Assembly: GCF_001186125.1 (NCBI RefSeq)
Contig: NW_014040206.1
Location: 41,524-76,627 of the forward strand
DNA: 35,104 nt
Reading direction: 5' to 3'
Origin: Sphaeroforma arctica JP610
Lineage: Eukaryota
The stretch's first letter is position 1. Every line of letters starts with the position of its first letter. Shown here in pieces: positions 10,701 through 28,738 of this stretch. The notes beneath the pieces are model-generated. The model saw nothing but the letters and a program-made list of their open reading frames with translations. It made no database searches and was not told where the DNA came from. The position numbers were made by a program, and so were the translations under genes.

Positions 10701-13700
10701 AGGATATGAACAGCTGTTCAAGTGACGCATTTGCGTACACCTGTTGTTCGTTCGCGAGGAACCAGCCACTGAAGTCCGAATCATATGCGCATGTAATCAC
10801 CTTAAACCGTAAATCCTCTCAAATCGATGTATTCCCTTTGCTGTTGCAGATGCTACGAAACAGACGACTACGACATCAATTGGACCACTGCACAGTGCGT
10901 GATGTGTCTGCGAAATATCAGTATGTTCTTCTCTTATCCGTGAGCTAAGCGAATCTGGTTTTCGTTTACGATTGCTTGCAGAGAAATGTTTACGAGCGCT
11001 TTTATAAGCTAACCTGTGCACACAGAATAATGTTGTATCGCTGTAATGTTTAGTTGTGGGTGTGGCACATTGGCGTAAGCGAGAGAATGAGTACAAATAG
11101 GTGCACTATGGAGATGAATGGATCGAGGAGAGTTGTTACGGGTTAATTCGAGAGAGAAAAATACTCAAAGTATAACATTATCAACTTTGGTTTCACGAGG
11201 AGCTTTTCTTTTGGTTATGGGATTAGGCACAAAACAATTGATTACCTATGATATGTGAAGCGAACATGTATGTGAACAAGAGACTGTATCGTTGATGTAG
11301 ACAGAACACACACACGTGTGTGTGTTTTGATTCGTTTAAATTTTAGTGTATGTATGTGTTTATCTATTACAATGTGATTCTAGCATTGAAGATTTTTCTA
11401 AATAACAATCTGTATCGACACAGGTCTTGGATTTGACTATATGGACGGAGAGACGCTAAAACAGAAAGGAGCCGAGAAACTATCTCCCGACCAAGTAGTG
11501 AATAGCATCGATACCCCACCTTCGTATTTGGTAAGCACACAGATTCCTCATAATTTCTGTACTCCATCTTCGTTTCTGCTCGGCGGCGTCACGCTGTTCT
11601 GCTGCGCGCTCGCCTGCCAGCGTCTAGCCCGGGCCATAGAAAGCACACTAATGGCATTCATACTTGACATGGCTAGTGGTTGGCATAATTATTTGACTGT
11701 GTCCATAGCCGAGGCTTTCGAGTATCCAACACATCGTCTTCTTCGCCCACCGTTTTATCTCTCGTATAAATAGACACGGTTGTATGCATAGCCGGTCCTG
11801 CCATGCATCAGAGCATATCTTCAGCTCACATTGCAATCCTATTCTTGGCATGCTTTCCCTTGTAGGAGATGCTTGGGTTCTCTCTGTTTTTCCCCTGCGT
11901 TCTTGTCGGTCCCCAGGTGACCTACAGACACTTCCGGTGAGTACTACAATTGCTCTATTAGTTTATTTCATGTTTGTTAATAGTAAATTACTGCGGTCAG
12001 AGTTGCGTCTCTGGCTGTGGCCGAACTGGTTTGGGGGGTGAAGGCGAGTGGTAGTGAATTTGCCCGCCAATATTTTCTTCACGCTCTCTGTTTAATTCCC
12101 TGTGTGAAGAATGATTGCTATAGAGGTACGAAAGCAATACTATAGTTACCAAAGTATAAATAGACCCATCGACGTAGTGATTTTGTGTGCACAGATGGCC
12201 CATTTATATCTCAGAGTACCGTCTGGTACTGGAACTTTTATTGGCTTTTGTTCGTCTGTTCGCTACTTTTATCGAAACAAATGTCTTATTGCACTCGTGA
12301 TTGTGTTCCATCACGTGTGTGCAGATATTGATCATGTACAATGGTTTTGTGCTGCATGCTCCGAGTTTTCTTTATTCTACGCTTTTCGTTGCACAATGTT
12401 TTCATGATCAAAGGCAATCTGTGTGTTTCTGTACCGCTGTATCAACATTCTTCACTTATCAACATCCTCTCTGCCTGTCGTAACATGGTTTTCTTCTTTT
12501 TACGTAGAAGTTATCTTGATACGTATATTCCGGGACACGGTGGCCGGCCGACGCGCAGGGAACATTTGATACCAGCGTTGTACAGTTTTGCTGAAGGTGA
12601 GTTGATATAACTCTTGTATATAGCGTATGTCACCACGTAAAGTCCTTATCGTATCCGTTAAAATGTGTTTGATGTAGAGAAATTTACCTAGCCTATTTTG
12701 ATCGTTTGTACCTTTTCTGCCGGCTCTTTGTATGGCATGTAACCGTACATGGCCTATAAAACTAGGCTGTTGAAGTTCACGAACACTTCAACTTGGTAGC
12801 TTGGAGGATACCGATTTTCTCGGAAAACGCTACTGAAAATTGTCAGCGAGCCGGGCCTTGCCGCATCGTACAAGCAAATTAGAGCTACATATCCTTTTCA
12901 AAAGCGTGTCACATGCTTATTCTTTTCTTGTGTGGTTTTGTGCAGGTATCATGTACTTCGTCGGATCGCAAGTGCTCAGCTACCCCGCCGAACACTTCTT
13001 CTCGCAAGAATACCAACACGAGGTATGGGAGCCAGATCAGAGTACTGCTCGTATTTGTACCATGTTGTGTGGTCTGTGTCGGTGCATTGGTGTGACATGT
13101 ATCTTCCTCTGTGGAGGCACTGGTGAGTAGCGTGAAACGAACGAGGGGCCGGGGGGCTTCTCCCCTGTGCGCGCGGATTCAGGGGTCTGCGCCGATTCCT
13201 TAGCACTCGCAGCATTGCTTTACTTTAGATCTTTAGATCACAAGAGTTCATCTGATTATCAGTGCACTGCGAAGGAACAGTACCCGCTTCAACTTGTATG
13301 CACCGCCCGTTCCCAAGCTCAGGCGTTCTTTCTGCACAGTGTGTGGGTTTCTTCTAGACTGAACAACGATGGATGTCGGTCATCAGTTGGTTAGTAACTA
13401 CTTGACATACTCCGTGATGCCTCTATCGGAGCACAGTTCTGATTTATCCCAATTGTATTGTAACACAGTGGAATCTCTGGGAGAGATATCAATTCTTTTT
13501 CCTGCATTCTATAACCTTTTTCTGGAGATATTTCGGGTGCTGGAAGCTGGCCGAGTCTGCATGCCAGTTAACTGGTGCTGCGTATCTCGGCAGGAACGAG
13601 AACGGCAAAATCCATTGGTATGTGATCGAATCGGTGCGCGAGTCTTCAGAACATATACGATATTTATATGTGTGTGTTTGTGGATTATATAAATTATAAA

Positions 13701-16605
13701 ATGTGCACCTAAATGTACTTGTTCTTATATATATATATATATATCGCGAGTCAATATTTTAGCATTGTCCATATATGTCTCATTCATGGCTCTAATTGGT
13801 GGGGCTTATAAATTGCTGAAAAGATTTAAAATCGCATTTAGCTGAATTCTCCACGGTATAATAGTGCCGTTACTGTGAGGATCCATTTAGTACATACAGT
13901 TCTTACTTGTAGAGCACCTTAATTCGCTCAGGGGCATGTAGTGTGCATTACTCTGTAATTTAAACGAACATGTGCTGCTTTTTTCTTGCAGTGTATCATT
14001 AATTTGTTTCACTGAGCAGTTCTGATGTTCTCCATTGCACGTTCTTAAATTCAAACACAGGGGCTTGCACAATTTCCACTCTTGGCGATTCTTCTCAGGT
14101 ATCAACCTGGATGAGATCATCAAAACGGTATGTGTAAGCTTATGAGAATATTATGGTCGTGATATCAGGTTTTCCAGTCAGTACCTATGAATTTTATATG
14201 GGAATTGCTTCTATTTGTTTCTTGGTGTACTCAGGGTTACCAACCTTTACCTGGGTATGAAGTTATGGATTGTTCGCTTGCTGCGGTGAAGATTGGTATA
14301 GTTTTCCTATTGGCGACGATACCACATGCATGTATTTCTGTGTGTGCATGAGTGTCAAGTAGTTAGCTTCGCTTCGACTCCGGTTGTATATACACCAGTT
14401 CATCATGAATTCACATTTTGGCTGGTGATTGTCACCAACTTTTGTTGTGGTGGCTGCATATGTGGGCTGCGCTGTCGTTGTGCTTTTGAGTGGTATTAAG
14501 ATCGCGTTTCTGTTTGTTTCAATTTGGAATAAGTAAAAGCGAACCCGCCTTGAAACGGGAAACAGAAATGCATATCGCAATGCACTATTCTATCAATGTC
14601 ATCATACTCATGTCGTGACCACTAGAAAGTACTTACACCTTCAGATCAACTCGTCTGCAGAGAACCCTTGTCTGTATTGTCACACCAATCTTTACTTAAA
14701 GTTCCATACACGCACAAGCGTGCCCAAGCAGCCTGCTGCACAGAAGTGTAGATACACCTCCCCGTTCATTTGTATCAATGACGAACATAAAAGTTTTATC
14801 GGCCGCTCATCTGTCAACGCCCATTGTATTGCCAACCCATTCTAATGACACTGTAAAGCGGCTGGTCTCACTCATCTCCACTCCATTGAATTTCTACAGT
14901 TCAATATCAATACCAATTATTGGGTGATGCGTATTGTATTCAAGCGACTCAGATGGCTAGGCAACAAGAACGCCTCTCAACTGGGCGCTCTCTTCTTCCT
15001 GTAAGTGCCCATACCTGAGTTGTATATGTAGCACGACATGTGTACGATATGTATAAGAGTATTCTCCTTGATGTTCGGACAGCATATATGTGTCTGGCAG
15101 GTATCCCCGAAACGCTCTGGTGTAGTCCGCAGTGATTGGATCTCAATGCGTTCAAGTCTTTTTGAGTTGCGTCACTGATGTACGTCAAGACGGTCCTTCT
15201 TTCACCAATGCCCGAGACATGTAGTCGATTCCGTTTATGCTACAGTGTCGAATGAATTTTACAGATTTCGCGCATTTTACAGTATGCTTAGCCCTACATT
15301 CGCTACAGAATGGAGAGACTCGTACGTTTCTTTTTTTTTCTTGCCAATTCCGAGTTCATGTTATTTCATACTCATGTGCAGCCGGCCTCGATATTTGGAG
15401 AAAATAGTTGCCTGAAAATCACCTGCTCATTTCCCCATTCATCATCATACTACAGTGCTATATGGCATGGCTTCCATACTTCCTATTTCCTTGCGTTCGG
15501 CATGGAGTTCTACGAGGTATGGTTTCCAGCTTATGTTGTTTTTTCCCGAATTTATTTTGCGGTGCTAAGGGGACATCGTGATATTCAAATACATAGTATA
15601 TTTTAGAGAAAGGGGCCTTTTAGGGTAATTAAATACATAATACGTTCTAAAGACAGTGGAGGGCCAGGGTATATACTTCCTGACGACTTGCGGTGGTACT
15701 CTTGGCATTTTTCATTCTTTTTGTTGCTATAAGAAATTCTTATCATTTTCACTGAACTACACAACTACAGCTCTTCGCTGAACGAGGTATCAGGAAATGG
15801 GCGTCAGGTTTGATCGAGTATGTTGACCAATCACCAGCCCCGATCCGCTTTTCAGGAATGCTATTTGCCTGGGTCAGCAGATGCACATTGGTATGATTTT
15901 TTCCAATTCCTCTACTTAATTATGAGCCTATTTATCGCAGTTGATACTCGTATGATTTTTGTGGCATCCCTCGTGCTGATTTTAATGTATTACAAACCAC
16001 ATTGCAATGTTAATTGCATGTATAGGACGATCACGCAAATTAGTATTCCAACTAATTGAAGATGCTTTGTTCACTCCAGCTGGGCAACGGTGTCATTCTA
16101 TTCGAGATGCTCGACGTGATGAAGGGTTTGGAGGTTCACAAGTCCCTATACTTCCTCCCCACCATACTTCCCACTATCTACCTGATAATTCCCATGGTAT
16201 GTTTCGCATGAAGATCTGCTTTTACTGATACTTTACAACTAGTAATATTATATTGATATTTATATATAACACGTAATGGGTTATATATATATATATCTAT
16301 ATAACACGTAATGGGTTATATATATATATATATAACACGTAATGGGTTATATATGTGTGTATGATAAATATATATATATATATATATATAATCCATTACA
16401 TGTGCGCAATCTCTCTTGTTGTTGCGTACTCTTAGATGCAGAGCCAGTTCGCCGTTCCAAATCATGTGTACTCTTTGCATTGTTGTTCCACTAAATTTAA
16501 CCACCTCTTCTACATTGCAGGTCCTACCACCCCCCAATGCGGAAGAAGAAAATTTCAGTCGCAACCACCGATGACTTGAAGAAAGATCAGAAAAAAGAAC
16601 TTTAG
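7080..16605 (+). CDS. LPCAT3: Lysophospholipid acyltransferase, MBOAT family, LPCAT3/MBOAT5-like (15 exons, ~490-500 aa)
   Basis: Exons 7080-7249, 9445-9541, 9998-10122, 10850-10920, 11424-11530, 11866-11936, 12508-12596, 12946-13022, 13469-13617, 14061-14127, 14900-15000, 15456-15516, 15771-15890, 16080-16196 and 16521-end; all GT-AG and phase-consistent. Hallmark motifs: YDINWTTAQCVMCLR, LGFDYMDG, FPCVLVGPQ, RYFGCWKLAESACQLTG, FNINTNYWVMRIVFKRLRWLGNK, and AIWHGFHTSYFLAFGMEF (catalytic His at 15466-15468). The last exon stops at 16574 as sequenced, or at 16605 (...KKDQKKEL*) with one fewer C. Confidence 0.93.
7483..8410. repeat. (TA)n/(TATG)n microsatellite-rich block in LPCAT3 intron 1, including an N-gap at 7583-7602
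   Basis: Long TA runs and TATG/TACA units; source of the spurious YI-repeat ORFs. Confidence 0.9.
16261..16352. repeat. Three copies of TATATAACACGTAATGGGTTATA separated by TA runs (LPCAT3 last intron)
   Basis: Read directly from the sequence. Confidence 0.85.
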
Positions 16606-17264
16606 TCGAAAAATGACTTAGGAGCACAATTAATGTCGCAGCGAACTTATAATGTGCAATTAAAAGGTGTAGTAAGCACTTCATTTACACGATCGTAGAA
16701 GGTTTCTGACTACTATGAATAAAATTAGGATAGATAATCTCATCTATTTAATTTTCTTGTCGACGATAAGAATCATCAATGACAAACAGGTTGTAAATCA
16801 ATTACATAGCGCATTTTTAATCCTAATCAGGAATACGACAAATGCAGTTGTGGCTTTCATTGATATCCATTGTTGTGAGTGTATACGCGGAATTCTCGGA
16901 GCTTGAGGATATTCGCTTATATTTATTACTATTTCAATGTGGAAAGGAAAATGAGTTCTGCTTCTTTTGAATCCGGATTCTGATAATTCTCCCCAGTCTC
17001 CGCCTCTCCGCTCCGGTTGAAGGTTGGTCCGGATTTTCCTTCGGCACCCCGGGGCCCAGACAGTATGTAAAAATTTGTATATGTTTTTTATTTTGTTTTT
17101 GTGATTTTTCTATTTTCATAGCCTTCTTCTTCTTCAATTTTCAAAAGGCTATAAATAATGCTTTTAATAAAAAATATGTGTTTATGTATGGATGTTCAAA
17201 AACAAATAAACAAAACAAACAGATAAATACATATTTGTTTTAAGAAACTAAAAGTCTCATACGT

Positions 17265-17338
17265 AGCCTTCTGAAATCAAACACGCACTCAGTCTCATAG
17301 TCATAGGATCTTGTGTGTGTGTTTGATTTCAGATGGCT
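17265..17338. repeat. Inverted repeat (24-bp arms, 22/24 matching, 26-nt loop): hairpin or MITE-like remnant
   Basis: AGCCTTCTGAAATCAAACACGCAC (17265-17288) versus the reverse complement of 17315-17338, AGCCATCTGAAATCAAACACACAC. Confidence 0.75.
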
Positions 17339-18700
17339 GTGTAAATATGTGTTTTTATTTATTGTATACAAAATCTAAATTTATAGAACTCTGTACATGA
17401 GAGGCACAGGCTATGTATTTTTCATGGCCCTCTGGAATTGGATGAGTCTCCGCGTCTGGCGAAACAAGTTGCATCGTCTCTGGGAGCCGGAGAAAGTCAT
17501 TTTTGATTTTTCGAGAGAGAAATAAATTAAAAAAATCCAGAGGACCATTTTTTTTTTTAAACGGATCTCTTTGTTTTAAATAAAGTTAAAAATTTCGTCT
17601 ATATTGAGACAAAATATGCATTTACATATTTACATACAATGTACTATTCACGAGTAATATTTAGTCGTTGAGTGAAGTCGCAAAGTTCAACTCTCGGAGT
17701 CTCGACTCGACTTGTAATTTTGTAATTTTGATGTATAAAATTCGAATTCAAAGGAATTTCGAATTTAACTTTTGACAAGAAAATGCCATGGCAACTGAAT
17801 TTCGAAGTATATGACTGATGCGTGACATGTTGTTATTTGTAAATTTAATAACAAAAGACAGCTATCAGTGCGACTGCGACAGTGTCTACTTTTGTTTTTG
17901 ATGACTGATCCGGTGATCCCCAGTAATCTCAGGACTCAGGACTCTCAGTGACTCAGTCTCAGTGTCTCACTGACTATCATCTGATTCTCAGTGATGTCAG
18001 ATGTGGTGACTTAGCGACGCGTATTTTCAGCTCTTTAATTTTTAAAAAATACAAAAGATTGGTCCACGTTTTCTTACCATTAGATTTATGCACAGAAATT
18101 ACAAATGGTTTCTCATTTCTGAGGAGTTTAATTTTTTTTGTTTCATATTCAAAGTGAACAAATTTTTTTTTAAATTATAAACTTAAACGACATCTACAAT
18201 TCTACATACATGTTGTTTAATTTTACAGAAACAAATCAAAAATAAACGTTTCAGCGTTACCCGTAAATATTATGGCCTGAAAATTTTCGCTAAACAATTC
18301 GACCTGGATAAGTACACCTATTCCTATATTTTGGTCACAAAATGCAACACTGACCAATGAAAAACGATGAAAAAAGGTTGGCAGTTGACACTGGCTGTTA
18401 CATAAATACAACAAACTTTTAAAAACAAGTGAGCACGGCTTAGCCACTTGACAGTTTGGCTGGTCACTTGCTGTTGAATACTTCTTTATTTTACAACTGT
18501 AGTGTTTAAGTGTTATTTAATACTGTATTGACTCGTGACTGTGTTTTGTGTAAGTATTGTAATTCGTATCCCCGCTTTCATTTGTAACTAAACATTCAGG
18601 GAGATGTTGTATCGGTGGTCCGGAACGACCTCATGCATAAAGGTCGAAAACGATTCAAACGACAGATAGTCTTCATTGAGAGGCTCTACTGCAATAGTGT

Positions 18701-18720
18701 NNNNNNNNNNNNNNNNNNNN
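18701..18720. other. Assembly gap (20 N)
   Basis: N run; the other gaps are at 7583-7602 and 27836-27855. Confidence 0.99.
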
Positions 18721-19906
18721 ATTATACTGATTTAGAAGGCTATGATATATCAAACTACATAAATATATTTACATAGTCATGCTTTACTGGGTCCTGTCTC
18801 CTGAGCTCTACCCATATTGGCCCTTGCTTCGAAAGTTCGAACACTGCTGGCGAGAATATGATCAGATTTTTAACAGCTACAGAACTAGTATTAGTTTACT
18901 TATCTATACGTCATTAAAGTCTAAACTCCTAAGTTAAATAAAAGCTATGTATATACACCAGGGAAAATTTCAATGAATACTTATCAGTGATATGCGTTTG
19001 TCGACTTGAGCACATAGGGATCAGCGGGCTGATGTGACGACAATAAAACAGGTCTGACTATCTGACCTTGAATTTTCAGGACCACTGTATGGATATAAAA
19101 GTTTTAACGTACAACGTGTACTTATTATAAACGTCTTGAGGATAGCTTTGAGTTTTCAGTTTTCAGTTTCAGCCGTTCAGGCTAGCTTTGAGAGTAAGGC
19201 ATATTTCTTTACTCCAAAGTACTCCACTAGATTGTGTAATTTGTATTGATTGGATTAAAAACAAACATATATGGAAGAAAACAAAAAGTGAAGTACATCG
19301 TAAGGCATTGGTGAGTGTTTCGCCAATGGCTTCTCGGTATAAATATACCGCCTATTGTGGAAATTGATTGGATTGTAATAACTAATACAAGTTACACAAA
19401 ACCGACATCCAGCTCCGACTCCGAGTCCTCGGATCTCATTGCCTCAGGCCTCAGGCCTCAGGCCCTCAGACTGAGGGCCTCAGTCCTGAGAGAGAGTGTG
19501 CCCCGGAGGGCGGAGGCCCGGAGACCCGGTCCCCGGTCCCTGTACATATGTACTATGTAAATATACCACACTCTTCTAGTAAGGCTACAACCGCTACATA
19601 CTAAATACCCCACTATTCAGAGGAACTTGAGTAGAGCTCGAGAGCTATGTAGCGACTAGCGAGATCATGAGAATCCAGAATTCAGAATTCAGATTAGAGT
19701 CGAGATGTTCATTGTTCTGTACACTGTAAGTACGTGGTAAATGAGTCAAGAGACTCAAGACTCAAGTGTGAGTCTGTGAGTGTCAATGTATGTCAAGTGC
19801 CCACACGAGGTTTTCAGTTCATTACGTATTCCTTTTTTTAAAAGACCAGACTCGCAAAATTATGCTAGAATCTCTAGTAGGGACGATTCAATGAATGACT
19901 AAATAG

Positions 19907-19913
19907 TATATAA
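19907..19913 (+). promoter_or_regulatory. Putative TATA box of the secreted acidic protein gene
   Basis: TATATAA about 115 nt upstream of ATG 20028, followed by a C/A-rich 5'UTR-like stretch. Confidence 0.45.
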
Positions 19914-20027
19914 TAGCTGCCTAAGCTATTGCAATTACCATATCACCTTTACTACTTTAACAACACATCCCAACTGCTACACTTCTGAACTACCCTATTC
20001 TAAATTTTCGACATCTACAACTCAATC

Positions 20028-21047
20028 ATGTTCACAAAACAAATTATAGTGGCTAGCGTCGGTCTGGCGAGTATCGCCATGGCTCAGCCTATTACGAGTG
20101 AGTCGATGATGCCGTCTGAGTCCACGATGCCGTCTGAGTCAATGATGGCCTCTGATATGGTCAGCGAATCCGGTACAGCCGAACCAGAGTGTGCCGATGA
20201 GAACACAGAGTATTTATGTACCACCAACGCTATGTCCTGGGTTAAAGACAGACAGGGTAATCACTTCATGGACTCTAAAGTAAAGGAGGACTGGACCCTT
20301 AAAATCCGAAAGATGGGCGAGGCAGCCTTTGAGATCAAGAAAGGTACCGGCGAACACATTGCTTGCGTAATTACTAAGTTCAGATCAGAGGAAGGAACTA
20401 TCCGTGCCGTATGTGCCGATGGCGAGAACTCCACGACGCACCAGGTTGAGATGGATGATGCGTGTAACCCCATGGAGATCATGATTGCTACTACTGATCC
20501 CGATGGTGAGAACGAGTTTATCGGTGAGGAGGCACCCAGCGCCTCATTCTCTACATGCACTTTGATCATGCCAGAGGAAGTGAGTTCTATGCCTCCGGCG
20601 GCAAGTGAGAGTGAGATGGTGTCCGAGCCCGCAGAGGTACCCGAAGAAATTCCGTCTGAAATGCCCGCAGTGAGCGAGGAAGCACCTGCTGAGTCTGAGG
20701 AGGCTTCGGCCCCAGCTGAGAGTGCCGAGGCAAGTGCAGATGAGAGTGTGCCTGCTGAGGCAGGAGAGAGTGCCCCTGCTGAGGCAGAAGAGAGTGCCCC
20801 TGCTGAGGCAGAAGACAGTGAGCCTGCTGAGGCAGAAGACAGTGAGGCTGCTGAGGCAGAAGAAAGTGCTCCTGTTGAGGCAGAAGAGAGTGAGCCTGCT
20901 GAGGCAGAAGAGAGTGCTCCTGTTGAGAGTGGCGAGTTGTCGGAAAAAGCTGAAGCCTCGGCGCCCGCTGTAGTTGAGGGTGTGATTGGGGCGGCTCAAG
21001 ATGCTGTTGATGCTGCACAAGAGGCTATCGAAAACCTTGAGGTATAG
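20028..21047 (+). CDS. Secreted acidic protein: signal peptide, 6-Cys globular domain and Glu/Ala/Ser/Pro tandem-repeat tail (339 aa, intronless)
   Basis: Uninterrupted ORF with GC-rich codon usage. N-terminal MFTKQIIVASVGLASIAMA|QP looks like a signal peptide; PAEAEESA-type repeats; AATAAA at 21081-21086. Confidence 0.9.
   Translation: MFTKQIIVASVGLASIAMAQPITSESMMPSESTMPSESMMASDMVSESGTAEPECADENTEYLCTTNAMSWVKDRQGNHFMDSKVKEDWTLKIRKMGEAAFEIKKGTGEHIACVITKFRSEEGTIRAVCADGENSTTHQVEMDDACNPMEIMIATTDPDGENEFIGEEAPSASFSTCTLIMPEEVSSMPPAASESEMVSEPAEVPEEIPSEMPAVSEEAPAESEEASAPAESAEASADESVPAEAGESAPAEAEESAPAEAEDSEPAEAEDSEAAEAEESAPVEAEESEPAEAEESAPVESGELSEKAEASAPAVVEGVIGAAQDAVDAAQEAIENLEV
20751..20930 (+). repeat. 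Coding 24-nt tandem repeat (7 full copies plus a partial copy) encoding PAEAEESA variants
   Basis: CCTGCTGAGGCAGAAGAGAGTGCC-like units. Confidence 0.9.
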
Positions 21048-21080
21048 ATGTTTGGATTAGTCTACTTAGCGCTGAATATG

Positions 21081-21086
21081 AATAAA
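21081..21086 (+). promoter_or_regulatory. Putative polyadenylation signal
   Basis: AATAAA 34 nt after the stop codon, followed by T/GT-rich sequence. Confidence 0.5.
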
Positions 21087-21855
21087 TTGTTTATTTTGTA
21101 TATGTATTAATGTTTCCCCTTTGTTGTTTAATAACAGCGACATTTGATTTTCGGTACAATACAATATACGGCTCTGCAAGAAACTCTGCATGCCAGCGCC
21201 TGTATCGCAATTGTACCTAAACTGATGTACAAGCTACAACTGTGAAAATGCGCTGTACCACCATTCATATGTTGGATGAATATGACCGGTATGACATTCT
21301 GGTGTGTGTGGCCCTTCTTCGATATCGTTCAAAATTGTCCCACTCCCATGCGGGTTGTCTGCACGAGCACCAATACCCGTGAATACAACTTCCTGCCCCC
21401 ACCCTCTGTATTTTTCTGAAAACTTCAAAGTATCATTGAAACCCCAGAGTACTTTGCCAGTTGTGCTCGAGAGGATACAGCAGTCTAACCAGAATTCTGC
21501 TGGGTGAATTTTGCAACACGGGGGATACTTACAAGGTACCTACCGCAATACATTCAGAACCACATTCAACGCGGCTATTCTTTACGCCAAAAAAAAAAGA
21601 GTGAGAAATAGTATGTAAAGCAATTATCAGGTGGTATATTCTGCACTCGACAGTAAGGTACTCTGAAAAAATGGACAGGTGCATTTCGCCTTTATTCCGA
21701 TTGATTGGAAATTTACGCCTCATTTCTATTCGGGTGAAATGCCGGTGGGTTTACGCAAGACCAATATACACCCAAGCACAGCAAGCAGGCGATCTCGAAA
21801 TATCAGTCATTCTCAGACCACACTTTGCACGTGCGGAGGTTTGTCTGTTGTGTCA

Positions 21856-28738
<6,883 letters not shown>

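Noticed and set aside
8512..16228. Numerous 60-170-aa ORFs across the LPCAT3 locus
   Set aside because: Intronic chance ORFs or read-through extensions of true LPCAT3 exons.
20261..21020. Overlapping antisense and alternate-frame ORFs (LLPQQ, LFCLSR and LLRQK repeats)
   Set aside because: Shadows of the 24-nt coding repeat of the 20028..21047 gene.
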